Of a DNA stretch of 64,000 nucleotides, positions 16,865-26,692 are shown one piece after another. This DNA is from Rhizobium sp. Its GTDB lineage: Bacteria > Pseudomonadota > Alphaproteobacteria > Rhizobiales > Rhizobiaceae. The stretch is taken from assembly GCA_002796995.1 (NCBI GenBank), contig PEKW01000005.1, positions 512,892 through 576,891 on the forward strand, in the 5' to 3' direction. The first letter of the stretch is position 1; the number at the start of each line of letters is the position of its first letter. The position numbers and the translations under genes were made by a program. The notes beneath the pieces are model-generated. The model saw only the letters and a list, made by a program, of their open reading frames with translations, did not search any database and was not told the origin of the DNA.

Positions 16865-19021
16865 ATGCAAGCCGTTTTGGACCAGCTTCGCGACAGCGAC
16901 AGACTAAGGGACCTCGAGAACTACAGCGTATTCGGAACGACAACCGAAGAGGACTATGATCACATCGTCCGGCTGACGGCCGAACTGTTCGATGCGCCGA
17001 TCGCCCTGATCAATTTCGTCGGCGGCGAGGAGGTCTGGGTGAAGGCGCGCATCGGCCTCGACGTCCAGTCCGTGCCCTGCGATATCGCCTTCTGCAGCTA
17101 CACCGTGCTCGACGACAAGCCGCTGGTCGTGCCCGACCTGTCACGCGATGATCGTTTCTCGGGCAATCCGCTGGTAACAGGGGAACCCGCTTTCCGCTTC
17201 TATGCCGGCGCGCCGCTGCGCTCGGCGAGCGGCTTTGGCATCGGCACGCTCTGCGTCATCGACAGCAGGACGCGCGAAGCGTTCGACGAGCGCCAGTCGC
17301 GCCGCCTGCAGGATCTCGCCCAGCTGGTGACCGACAAGCTCGAGCAGCGCCGGCTTTCCCGTCTGGAAGTCATCGCGTCGAAATTGATGTCGGCGACTGC
17401 CGACGCCGTGGTGATCACCGACAAGGACCGGCGCATCGCCGCCTGGAACCAGGCGGCCGAAACGGTCTTCGGCTACAGCGCCGAGGAAGTGCTCGGCAAG
17501 CCGCTCTCCACGGTCTTCCCGATGGGCTTCGACGAGGTAGACGCGGGCGACCACACGGGCGAGCCGGGTCTCAAGCACCGGCGCACCGAGCTCACCGCCT
17601 ATCACAAGCGCAATCATGAAATCACGCTCGAGGTATCGGCGATTTCCTGGCACGACGAGCGCCTCAACCTGTCGGGGCTCGGCCTGATCATCCGCGACGT
17701 GACCGAGCAGCGCATCGCCGACCGCCAGATCGCCTTCCTCGCCCATCACGACGAGCTGACCGGACTCGCCAATCGCAACAGCCTGCACCAGAAGATGGAA
17801 GACCTGCTGGAGCCGGGCTCGGACATCGCGCCGGCCCTCGCGGTCGTGTGCATCGACCTCGACCGCTTCAAGCTGGTCAACGAAACCCTCGGCCACAAGG
17901 TCGGCGACGCGCTTCTGCGCCAGGCCGCGGAGCGGCTGCGCGCCATCGCCGGCCAGGACGACATTCTCGCCCGGCTCGCCGGAGACGAATTCGCCATCGT
18001 CCGGCTTGGCGCCCAGGACGAGGAGGCCCTGTCGCTGTTTGCCGAGACCATCCTCGCTGCGATCAGCGATACGTTCGAGGTCGACGGCCATCTCGTCTCC
18101 ACCAGCGCCAGCCTCGGCATCGCCCGCTATCCGCGCGACGGAGAAGACTGTGACACGCTGCTCAACCACGCAGACCTCGCCACCTATCGCACCAAGATCG
18201 AGGGCCGCAACGGCTACCATTTCTTCGCTCCGGACATGGATGGCCAGACCCTGGTCAAGCGCGGGCTGGAACGGGATCTGCGCGGCGCGCTGAAGCGGGA
18301 CGAGTTCGAGATCCACTACCAGCTGCAGTTCGACATCGCGTCGGGCCGCCCGGTCGGCGCGGAAGCGCTGTTGCGCTGGAAACATCCGGTGCACGGCTAT
18401 GTCAGCCCGGCCGACTTCATTCCGATCGCCGAGACCACCGGACTGATGGTGTCGATCGGCCGCTGGGCCTTCCACAAGGCCTGCCACGACTTCGCCACCA
18501 CGGCGCCGGGGCTGAAGCTCGCGGTCAATCTCTCGCCCGTGCAGTTCCGCCGCGACGACATCGTCGCCCTGGTGCGCGAGGCGCTCGCTGCCTCCGGACT
18601 GCCGAGCAACCGGCTGGAGATCGAGATCACCGAATCCTTGCTGATGGAAAAGGATGCCGGCACGCTGGACGCGCTCAATGCGCTGAAGGACATGGGCGTC
18701 AGCATCGCGCTCGACGACTTCGGAACCGGCTATTCCTCGCTCAGCTACCTGCACAATTTTCCCTTCGACACGATCAAGATCGACCGGAGCTTCGTCAAGG
18801 AGGCCGAGACCAACAGCGATTGCGCCGCGATCCTGCAGGCGATCGCCGCCCTGGCCGCCGCGCTGAACCTGACGACGGTTGCCGAGGGCATCGAGACCGA
18901 ACAGCAGCTCGCCCGCGTCAAGGCGCTCGGCTACCAGGTCTGCCAGGGCTATCTGCTGGCCCGGCCGCAGCCGATCACGGCGCTCACGGAACTCGGCCAA
19001 GCGAGCCGCACCGCCGGCTGA
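16865..19021 (+). CDS. GAF-PAS-GGDEF-EAL c-di-GMP enzyme
   Basis: GAF (RFYAGAPL...GTLCVID), PAS (WNQAAETVFGYSAEEVLGK), AGDEF, EAL, DDFGTGYSSL. Confidence 0.93.
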   Translation: MQAVLDQLRDSDRLRDLENYSVFGTTTEEDYDHIVRLTAELFDAPIALINFVGGEEVWVKARIGLDVQSVPCDIAFCSYTVLDDKPLVVPDLSRDDRFSGNPLVTGEPAFRFYAGAPLRSASGFGIGTLCVIDSRTREAFDERQSRRLQDLAQLVTDKLEQRRLSRLEVIASKLMSATADAVVITDKDRRIAAWNQAAETVFGYSAEEVLGKPLSTVFPMGFDEVDAGDHTGEPGLKHRRTELTAYHKRNHEITLEVSAISWHDERLNLSGLGLIIRDVTEQRIADRQIAFLAHHDELTGLANRNSLHQKMEDLLEPGSDIAPALAVVCIDLDRFKLVNETLGHKVGDALLRQAAERLRAIAGQDDILARLAGDEFAIVRLGAQDEEALSLFAETILAAISDTFEVDGHLVSTSASLGIARYPRDGEDCDTLLNHADLATYRTKIEGRNGYHFFAPDMDGQTLVKRGLERDLRGALKRDEFEIHYQLQFDIASGRPVGAEALLRWKHPVHGYVSPADFIPIAETTGLMVSIGRWAFHKACHDFATTAPGLKLAVNLSPVQFRRDDIVALVREALAASGLPSNRLEIEITESLLMEKDAGTLDALNALKDMGVSIALDDFGTGYSSLSYLHNFPFDTIKIDRSFVKEAETNSDCAAILQAIAALAAALNLTTVAEGIETEQQLARVKALGYQVCQGYLLARPQPITALTELGQASRTAG

Positions 19022-19133
19022 CGCAGTCAAAAGCGTGTCGCGGCCGAGGCCGGTGCATAACATCGCCGCGGCCTTTGCGTGCCGCACGCAACGCGGTAAT
19101 CTCCCGCCAACACCGTGAGGGAGAGGAAACACC

Positions 19134-19610
19134 ATGTCGAACGACCGAGACCTGCTCGACACCCTGGCCGGCCAAGAAGACGCCCTGGTCTTCAAGGCCT
19201 TCAGCGAAATCACCGCGATCGAGGTGGGCGAGCACCTGCTGCGCGCCGCGCGCGCCGGCGACCTGCCGGTGGTGATCAACATCCGCACGGCCGACCGCGT
19301 TCTGTTCCACGCCGCCCTGCCCGGCTCCTCGCCGGACAATGACGAATGGGCGCGCCGCAAGAGCAATGTCACGCTGCGCTTCCACCGTTCCTCCATGCGC
19401 GTCGGCGAAAACTACCGGCTCAAGGGCCGCGAAGTCTGCGTCGAACTGGGGCTCGATCCGATCGACTATGCGAGCCACGGCGGCAGCTTTCCCGTGCGCG
19501 TCGCCGGGACCGGCGTGGTTGCCGCCATCACCGTTTCGGGGCTGACCTCCGAGGACGATCACGGCCTGATCGTACGGGTGCTGGAAGACTATCTTTCGGA
19601 AGAACAATAG
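19134..19610 (+). CDS. UPF0303/DUF336 heme-degrading-like domain protein
   Basis: PGSSPDNDEWARRKSN, YASHGGSFP, TVSGLTSEDDH. Confidence 0.88.
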   Translation: MSNDRDLLDTLAGQEDALVFKAFSEITAIEVGEHLLRAARAGDLPVVINIRTADRVLFHAALPGSSPDNDEWARRKSNVTLRFHRSSMRVGENYRLKGREVCVELGLDPIDYASHGGSFPVRVAGTGVVAAITVSGLTSEDDHGLIVRVLEDYLSEEQ

Positions 19611-19632
19611 GCTCCCGAGAGCCGGATGATCG

Positions 19633-20007
19633 TCAAAGCGCGCTCGACAGGTAAAGGCTGAGCCGGGTCAGGTGATCGTCTTCGCCTTCGAAGACCAGGA
19701 CGCAGGGCAGCGAGAACCGCGCGCCCTCACCCGATCCGGACGTGCCCGCGCTGTCGGTGCCGTCGATCGTGCCGTCATAGGCGCCGCGCAGGCCGGCCTC
19801 GTCGGCCATGGCCACGCCATTGGCGAAGCGCGCGTCGTGACGCAGCAGGTAGGCCGACAGTGTGTCGCGGATCGAGTCGAAGCCGATGACCCGCTGGCCG
19901 TCCGGCATGTCGAGCACGGCATCGGCATCGAACAGGGCTTCGAGGGCGGCAAAATCGCGCTGGTTGAGCGCCTCGATGGCGCGCGACATCTGCTGTCGGA
20001 TGGGCAT
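19633..20007 (-). CDS. SnoaL/NTF2-like protein
   Basis: IEALNQRDFAALEALFDADAVLDMP...G...IR pattern. Confidence 0.8.
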   Translation of the reverse strand: MPIRQQMSRAIEALNQRDFAALEALFDADAVLDMPDGQRVIGFDSIRDTLSAYLLRHDARFANGVAMADEAGLRGAYDGTIDGTDSAGTSGSGEGARFSLPCVLVFEGEDDHLTRLSLYLSSAL

Positions 20008-20075
20008 GGACGAATTCCTCCGCTGGACTGGTCCAGTGCACTTAGGGCAGCACACACGCCTCGGCAATGGCGGCT

Positions 20076-20975
20076 CTAGCCGGCAGGCGCGTGGGGCGGG
20101 CGCAGCATGGCTCGCGCCGTTTCACCGACCGCCGCGTTCAACGGCCTGAGGGCCGTGGCGACCGAGCGGCTCCAGTGCCAGTAGAGCGGCACGTCATAGG
20201 CGGCATCGGAGAGCAGCGGCACGAGCCGACCCGCGGCGATCGCGTCAGAAACCAGCCCCTCCGGGTTGAGCCCCCAGCCGAGACCGGCAAGCGTCGCATC
20301 GACGAAGGCCTGCGACGAGGGCAGCCAGTGGGTCGGTGGCACGATTCCTTCGCCGACATGCGCCTCGATCCAGCGGGCCTGCAGCATGTCCTTGGTGTTG
20401 AAGGTCAAGGCCGGCGCCCGCGATAGCGTCTGCGCACTCACCCCGTCGGCAAACCAGCGGCGAACGAAGGCCGGGCTCGCCGTCGCGATGTAGCGCAGCG
20501 TGCCGAGCGGCCGGCAGTCGCATCCCTGCACCGGCGCATCGGAACCGCTGACCGCAGCCCGCACCTCGCCGCGGCGCAGCCATTCGGCGCTGTGTTCCTG
20601 GTCGTCGAGCACCAGATCGAACAGGCAATCGGGCACGGCCGCCATCGCCCCGACGAACCAGGTCGCCAGACTGTCCGCATTCACGGCAATCCGGATGGTA
20701 GGCATCCGGCCGTCCAGCGCCCCGCGGCCGAGGTCGAGGCTCAGCGTGCGCTCGAGCAGCGCCACCTCATCCGCATGCCGCGCCAGCCGCAGCCCCGCCT
20801 CGGTACCCTTGCACGGCTGGCCACGGATGACGAGCACGGCGCCGACGCGTTCCTCGAGCAGCTTGACGCGCTGCGAGATGGCAGACGGCGTGACGCCGAT
20901 CTGCCGGGCGGCGCGCTCGAAGCTGCCAGTCCGGACGACGGAGGCCAGCGCATCCAGAAGCGCATAGTCGAGCAT
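20076..20975 (-). CDS. argP: LysR family regulator ArgP/LysG
   Basis: GSFERAARQIGVTPSAISQRVKLLEER; IAVNADSLATWF; LYWHWSR; divergent from a LysE exporter. Confidence 0.9.
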   Translation of the reverse strand: MLDYALLDALASVVRTGSFERAARQIGVTPSAISQRVKLLEERVGAVLVIRGQPCKGTEAGLRLARHADEVALLERTLSLDLGRGALDGRMPTIRIAVNADSLATWFVGAMAAVPDCLFDLVLDDQEHSAEWLRRGEVRAAVSGSDAPVQGCDCRPLGTLRYIATASPAFVRRWFADGVSAQTLSRAPALTFNTKDMLQARWIEAHVGEGIVPPTHWLPSSQAFVDATLAGLGWGLNPEGLVSDAIAAGRLVPLLSDAAYDVPLYWHWSRSVATALRPLNAAVGETARAMLRPPHAPAG

Positions 20976-21068
20976 AAGTAAGCAAACCTAATCTGGTGGA
21001 AGAAATATTAGCTTCTCTAAATTTCACACGATCGCTAGTCAAGGCAACGTCTTATCCGGAGCCTTGTC

Positions 21069-21674
21069 ATGCTGATTGCCGCCACCGCCGGTTTTTTCCT
21101 CGGCCTGAGCCTGATCGTCGCGATCGGGGCGCAGAACGCCTTCGTGCTGCGTCAGGGGCTGCGGCGCAGCCACGTCTTCGCCATCTGCCTCACCTGTGCG
21201 GCCTCGGACGCGGCGCTGATCGCCGCCGGCGTCGGCGGGCTCGGCAAGGCCATCGCCGCCCTGCCCTGGCTGACACCCCTCATGCGCTATGGCGGGGCCG
21301 CCTTTCTTGCGTATTACGGGCTTCGCAGCCTTCGGGCGGCGCTGAGCGGCAATGCGGCGCTGAAGCCGGAAGGAGAGGCGCAGGAAAGCCTGGCCGCAGC
21401 GCTTTTTACCTGCCTGGCGCTCACCTGGCTCAACCCGCATGTCTATCTCGACACCGTGGTCCTGCTCGGCTCCATCTCCACGCAGTATCCGGGCCAAGGT
21501 CTGGCCTTCGGCCTCGGCGCCACGACCGCTTCCTTCCTCTTCTTCTTTTCCCTGGGCTTCGGCGCGCGCTATCTGCGCCCGCTTTTCGCCCGTGCCGCCG
21601 CCTGGCGCGTGCTCGACGGGCTGATCGCGCTGGTGATGGGATCGATCGCCATCAATCTGGTGTGGAGCAGTTGA
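21069..21674 (+). CDS. lysE: LysE/ArgO amino-acid exporter
   Basis: LIVAIGAQNAFVLRQG; LTWLNPHVYLDTV. Confidence 0.92.
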   Translation: MLIAATAGFFLGLSLIVAIGAQNAFVLRQGLRRSHVFAICLTCAASDAALIAAGVGGLGKAIAALPWLTPLMRYGGAAFLAYYGLRSLRAALSGNAALKPEGEAQESLAAALFTCLALTWLNPHVYLDTVVLLGSISTQYPGQGLAFGLGATTASFLFFFSLGFGARYLRPLFARAAAWRVLDGLIALVMGSIAINLVWSS

Positions 21675-21754
21675 CCCGCCGACTATCGGCGATGGGCTAC
21701 AGCGAACAACCGGTGTAGGTTCGCGGCAGTATCGTCTTGCACGGGATGCGCCTG

Positions 21755-22930
21755 ATGTTCCTCACCAATCACGACATGGTCGATCTCATCGACTTCCGCC
21801 ACGAACTCCACCGCCATCCGGAAATCTCCGGCGAGGAAGAGCAAACCGCGCGCCGCGTTGCGGGCTTCCTTGAGCCCATGAAGCCCGCCCGCATCCTGAA
21901 GGGGCTCGGCGGCCATGGCGTCGCGGCCGTGTTCGAAGGCGCCGAGCCCGGCCCGACCCTGCTGTTCCGCTCCGAGATCGACGCCCTGCCGATCGAGGAG
22001 AAGACGCAGATCCCCCATGCCTCCACCATTCCCGGCAAGGGCCATCTGTGCGGCCATGACGGCCATTCGGCCACCCTGCTGGCTCTCGCGCTCGGGCTTT
22101 CGCGTGCCGCTCCCAGGCGTGGCCGGGTCGTTCTGCTGTTCCAGCCGGCGGAAGAGAACGGCGCGGGCGCCGCCGCCGTCATCGCCGATCCGCGCTTTGC
22201 CGAGATCCGGCCAGACTTCGCCTTCTCACTCCACAACATGCCGGGGCTGGCGCTCGGGCGTGTCGCCCTGACCGACGGCCCGGTCAACTGCGCCTCGCGC
22301 GGCATGAAGATCAAGCTCTCCGGCAAGGCGGCCCATGCCTCCCAGCCGGAAACCGGCCTCTCGCCGATGAAGGCCATGGCAAGCCTGATGCCGGCCCTGA
22401 CCGCCCTCTCCCGCAGCGCGCCGCCCGACCGCGGCTTCCGCCTGGCAACCGTCACCCATGCCGCGCTCGGCGAGCGAGCGTTCGGCATCGCCCCCGGCGA
22501 CGGCGAGATCTGGGTGACGCTGCGCACCCTGATCGACGACCGCATGGCCGAACTCTGCGCCGAGGCCGAAGCGCTCGCCAGCCAGGCGGCCAAGGCGGAA
22601 GGGCTTGCTCTGGACATCACTTACGACGACGTCTTCCTGCATTGCGAGAACGCGCCGGAGGCCGTCGCTCACCTTGTCTGCGCACTCGACGCCGAGGGGA
22701 TCAACCACGACCGCGGCAATCTGCCGATGCGGGCTTCCGAAGATTTCGGCCGCTTCCGCGCTTTCGCGCCGTCCGCCATGTTCTTTCTCGGATCGGGCGA
22801 AGACCACCCCGCCCTGCACAATCCGGACTACGACTTCCCGGACGCGCTGATTGCCATCGGCGCGCGGGTGTTCATGCGCGTGGTGCGCGACATCCTGGGC
22901 CAAGCCAGGCCAGGCGCGACTGCAGACTAG
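21755..22930 (+). CDS. M20D family amidohydrolase
   Basis: RHELHRHPEISGEE, HLCGHDGH, FQPAEE, ASEDF, LHNPDYDF. Confidence 0.92.
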   Translation: MFLTNHDMVDLIDFRHELHRHPEISGEEEQTARRVAGFLEPMKPARILKGLGGHGVAAVFEGAEPGPTLLFRSEIDALPIEEKTQIPHASTIPGKGHLCGHDGHSATLLALALGLSRAAPRRGRVVLLFQPAEENGAGAAAVIADPRFAEIRPDFAFSLHNMPGLALGRVALTDGPVNCASRGMKIKLSGKAAHASQPETGLSPMKAMASLMPALTALSRSAPPDRGFRLATVTHAALGERAFGIAPGDGEIWVTLRTLIDDRMAELCAEAEALASQAAKAEGLALDITYDDVFLHCENAPEAVAHLVCALDAEGINHDRGNLPMRASEDFGRFRAFAPSAMFFLGSGEDHPALHNPDYDFPDALIAIGARVFMRVVRDILGQARPGATAD

Positions 22931-24081
22931 AAGTCGGGAAAGCCGTATCGCTTCCACTCGGACTTCGGAATCGACCGTCCGACCTCGAAGGCGAAGGACA
23001 GGACGCGCGTGGCGTCGGTGTCGATCTCGCAGCGGAAGCGCAGATCGAACCACTGGCCGGCGGCGCGGAATGCCGCCTTGTTGACCTCCAGCACATTGCC
23101 GTCCTGCAGGCGGAACGACGGCAGAAGCTCCGGTCGGTAGGCCGGCGTTCCGTGGCGCAACTGCTCCCGCAGTTCGGTGACGCACAGCTGGTCGGCCCGG
23201 TCGGGACGCGGAACGTCGCTCATCGCCGTCATCGCCGCCGCGTCGCCCGAAAGACTGGTCGAATAGAGCGTCTTCACCTCGTCGAGCTCGGCCTTGGCCG
23301 GCTTTGCTTCGTCCGTCGATTCCTCCGCGGCCTTCGGCTCGGCGGCCGGCGGCTCGGGCTTCTTGGGAGGCGTTTGGCGAGCAAAGGCGACCGTCGTCTC
23401 CTCCGGCTCTTCCGCTGACTTTGCCCCATCGGCCTCGGCGCCGTCCTGACCGGTGTCGACTTCGGGCAGGGCTATGTCATCCGGCAGCGGCGTGCCCTCC
23501 GGCTCGTCGGCCTCGGCGGTCTTCTCTTCCTCGGCTGGCGCCGTTTCCGGCTCCTCTGCCGGCGGCTCGCGTTCTTCGGGCGGCGCTTCGGCGGGCTTCG
23601 CCGCTTCCTCGACCTCCTTGCCGCTTGTGTCCTGGCGCGGCCCGGCATCCTTCTCACCGAACTGGATCACGGGACGCAGCACCGGCATGGGCGGCGCCTG
23701 CTCTTCGTTTGCTGCCTCCTCAACCGGCGGCTGCTCGGCCGGCCTCTCGGGCGGCGTCGGCACGCTCTCCGGCGGCGGTGGTTGCGGCGCCGGCGGCGGA
23801 GGCGGTGGCGCCGCTGCCTGCTCCTGCTTCGGCGGCGCAGGCTCGGGCTCTTCGGTTTTCTCCGGTTCCGGCTCATTCTCCTCCGGCGGCGGCACGATCT
23901 CGACCGCGACGCTTTCCTCCGGCTCCGGCTGGGACATGGGCTCCGGCATTTCGACGAACAGGACGGCAAAGGCGAGGAAATGCAGAAGGATGGAGACGAC
24001 GAGCCCCCCACCCAACTTTCCCCAACGCTTTGACGGTGCCTTCTCCATGCCGCTCGATAGCCTTTCCCAGGTCCGGCTCAT
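22927..24081 (-). CDS. DUF930 domain protein with an N-terminal TM anchor and a long Pro/Glu/Ala-rich linker (start uncertain)
   Basis: SILLHFLAFAVL anchor; C-terminal QLCVTELREQL...AAFRAAGQWFDLRFRCEID. Confidence 0.85.
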   Translation of the reverse strand: MSRTWERLSSGMEKAPSKRWGKLGGGLVVSILLHFLAFAVLFVEMPEPMSQPEPEESVAVEIVPPPEENEPEPEKTEEPEPAPPKQEQAAAPPPPPPAPQPPPPESVPTPPERPAEQPPVEEAANEEQAPPMPVLRPVIQFGEKDAGPRQDTSGKEVEEAAKPAEAPPEEREPPAEEPETAPAEEEKTAEADEPEGTPLPDDIALPEVDTGQDGAEADGAKSAEEPEETTVAFARQTPPKKPEPPAAEPKAAEESTDEAKPAKAELDEVKTLYSTSLSGDAAAMTAMSDVPRPDRADQLCVTELREQLRHGTPAYRPELLPSFRLQDGNVLEVNKAAFRAAGQWFDLRFRCEIDTDATRVLSFAFEVGRSIPKSEWKRYGFPDF

Positions 24082-24208
24082 GTGGTCCCAAAAGGCGACG
24101 CCATCAAGGGACAAATGCGTGATCGCCGCTCGATATCACCGCGGCCAAAAGAAAACCCGACTGGATCGCTCCGGCCGGGTTGTCGTTTCGTCGGACCTTT
24201 GATGCGGC

Positions 24209-26263
24209 TCAGCTGTCCAGGAACGAGCGCAGCTTGCGGCTCCGGCTCGGGTGCTTGAGCTTGCGCAGCGCCTTGGCTTCGATCTGGCGGATACGTTCGC
24301 GGGTGACCGAGAACTGCTGGCCGACCTCTTCGAGCGTGTGGTCGGTGTTCATGCCGATGCCGAAGCGCATGCGCAGCACGCGTTCTTCACGCGGGGTGAG
24401 CGAGGCGAGAACGCGGGTCGTGGTTTCGCGCAGGTTCGCCTGGATGGCAGCGTCGATCGGCAGAAGCGCGTTCTTGTCCTCGATGAAGTCGCCGAGATGC
24501 GAATCCTCTTCGTCACCCACGGGGGTTTCGAGCGAGATCGGCTCCTTCGCGATCTTCAGGACCTTGCGGACCTTTTCGAGCGGCATGGCGAGCTTTTCGG
24601 CCAGTTCTTCCGGCGTCGGCTCGCGGCCGATCTCGTGCAGCATCTGGCGCGAGGTACGGACGATCTTGTTGATCGTCTCGATCATGTGCACCGGAATGCG
24701 GATCGTGCGGGCCTGGTCGGCGATCGAACGGGTGATCGCCTGCCTGATCCACCAGGTCGCATAGGTCGAGAACTTGTAGCCGCGGCGATACTCGAACTTG
24801 TCGACCGCCTTCATCAGGCCGATATTGCCTTCCTGAATGAGGTCGAGGAACTGCAGGCCGCGGTTCGTGTATTTCTTGGCGATGGAGATGACGAGACGCA
24901 GGTTGGCCTCGACCATTTCCTTCTTGGCGATGCGCGCTTCGCGCTCGCCCTTCTGCACCATGTGCACGATGCGGCGGAATTCCGTCACCGAAATGCCGGT
25001 CTCGGTCGCGAGATTCTGGATCTCGCCGCGGATGTCGCGGATCGTCTGGTTCTCTTCGCGGGCAAAATCCTTCCAGCCACGGGCCGAGAGGTTGCCGATC
25101 GACTTCATCCAGTTCGGATCGAGTTCCGCACCCTGATACTGCTCAAGGAAGCTGTCACGCTTGACGCCGTAGGATTCGGCGAGACGCAGCAGCTTGCCCT
25201 CGTTCTGAACGAGGCGCTTGTTGATGTCGTAGAGCTGCTCGACCAGGCTGTCGATGCGGTTCTGGTTGAGCGACAGCGACTTGACCGCCGTGATCAGCTG
25301 ATCCTTGAGCTCCTTGTAGCGGCGCTCCTGGCCGGACGACAGGGTGCCGGCGCATGCAAGGCGCGCCTCGACCTGCTGGTCCTGCAGCTTGCGGAGCTTC
25401 TTGTAGGTGTCGGCGATCGTGTCGAGGGTTTCCATGACCTGCGGGCGCAGTTCCGCTTCCATGGCGGCCAGCGACAGGTTCGATTCGTCCTCGTCCTCTT
25501 CCTCCTCTTCCGGCGGAGCACCGTCGCCGCCGACATCGGTGATGTCGTCGTCGCCGCTCGGCGCGCGGGCGCGGCGGGTCTTTTCCTTCTCCTCGGCCGC
25601 CTTGCGGTCGGCCTCGATCTTTTCCGGGCTCTGGAACTGCGGCGCAGCCTTGGCTTCCGGGCCGGAATAGGTGGTTTCGAGATCGATGATCTCGCGCAGA
25701 AGAGTCGTGCCTTCGTTGAGTTCGTCGCGCCAGATGATCAGCGCCTGGAAGGTCAACGGGCTTTCGCACAGGCCGGAGATCATCGTCTCGCGGCCGGCCT
25801 CGATGCGCTTGGCGATGGCGATTTCGCCTTCGCGCGACAGAAGCTCGACCGAACCCATTTCGCGCAGATACATGCGCACCGGGTCGTCCGTGCGGTCGGT
25901 CGGCTCTTTCTTCTTGGCGGTCGCCAGCTGCGTGCCCTGCGACGGCGCAAGTTCGCTGCCCTCGCCGTCACCGTCGCTGTCGTCGTCGTTGTCCTCGGCC
26001 GGAGCCGCCTCTTCGGCGTCCTCGTCCTCGATGACGTTGATACCCATGTCGGACAACATGGCCATGGTGTCCTCGATCTGCTCGGAGGTGACTTCCTCCG
26101 ACGGCAGGACCGAGTTCAGTTCGTCCATGGTGACATAGCCGCGCTTCTTGGCGGCCTTGATCATTTTTTTGACCGCGTCATCCGAAAGGTCGAGAAGCGG
26201 ACCGTCGGTAGCGCCGTCGCGTTCGCTGTCTGCTTCTTCGTTTTCTTTGACTTTGGATGCCAT
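24209..26263 (-). CDS. rpoD: RNA polymerase primary sigma factor
   Basis: [60 protein letters not shown]. Confidence 0.99.
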   Translation of the reverse strand: MASKVKENEEADSERDGATDGPLLDLSDDAVKKMIKAAKKRGYVTMDELNSVLPSEEVTSEQIEDTMAMLSDMGINVIEDEDAEEAAPAEDNDDDSDGDGEGSELAPSQGTQLATAKKKEPTDRTDDPVRMYLREMGSVELLSREGEIAIAKRIEAGRETMISGLCESPLTFQALIIWRDELNEGTTLLREIIDLETTYSGPEAKAAPQFQSPEKIEADRKAAEEKEKTRRARAPSGDDDITDVGGDGAPPEEEEEDEDESNLSLAAMEAELRPQVMETLDTIADTYKKLRKLQDQQVEARLACAGTLSSGQERRYKELKDQLITAVKSLSLNQNRIDSLVEQLYDINKRLVQNEGKLLRLAESYGVKRDSFLEQYQGAELDPNWMKSIGNLSARGWKDFAREENQTIRDIRGEIQNLATETGISVTEFRRIVHMVQKGEREARIAKKEMVEANLRLVISIAKKYTNRGLQFLDLIQEGNIGLMKAVDKFEYRRGYKFSTYATWWIRQAITRSIADQARTIRIPVHMIETINKIVRTSRQMLHEIGREPTPEELAEKLAMPLEKVRKVLKIAKEPISLETPVGDEEDSHLGDFIEDKNALLPIDAAIQANLRETTTRVLASLTPREERVLRMRFGIGMNTDHTLEEVGQQFSVTRERIRQIEAKALRKLKHPSRSRKLRSFLDS

Positions 26264-26692
26264 CTATTTCGTCGCTTTCCTGACGTGTGATCTTGTCCGC
26301 ACGATGCAAAGCGGAGAGCGGCCCCAAGGCCCCTGCCCGCTACGATTTCTGTCAATGACCTAACGGAATGGTGCTTAATTCCCGATTAACTAAGGACTGC
26401 ATCGCCGCCGCGCAAAGCCCTCGTTCTTCCGAATGACCGGTCATGGTACTAGAGATTCGCCTGGACCCACTTCACCCTTGTGTGCCTGTATTGGTGATTC
26501 CCACAATTTTCCCTGCCGTCAAGCTTTTCCCGTACGATTGCCTGGGAAAACGGGAAAATTCTTAACACTGATGCCTGTCTTTGCTGCTGTGGGCAGATGT
26601 AGGTCCGAAAGCGCAGGAAACAAGGGGTAGTGGTTCGGCAGGCCCCGGCCCGCCTGTCACAGACCGTCTGCCCTGCCCGCGGAACCGCGCAC

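Noticed and set aside
23300-23950. Apparent tandem repeats (ccggcggc, ggctc)
   Set aside because: Explained by Pro/Glu/Ala low-complexity coding in the DUF930 linker; no discrete repeat unit.
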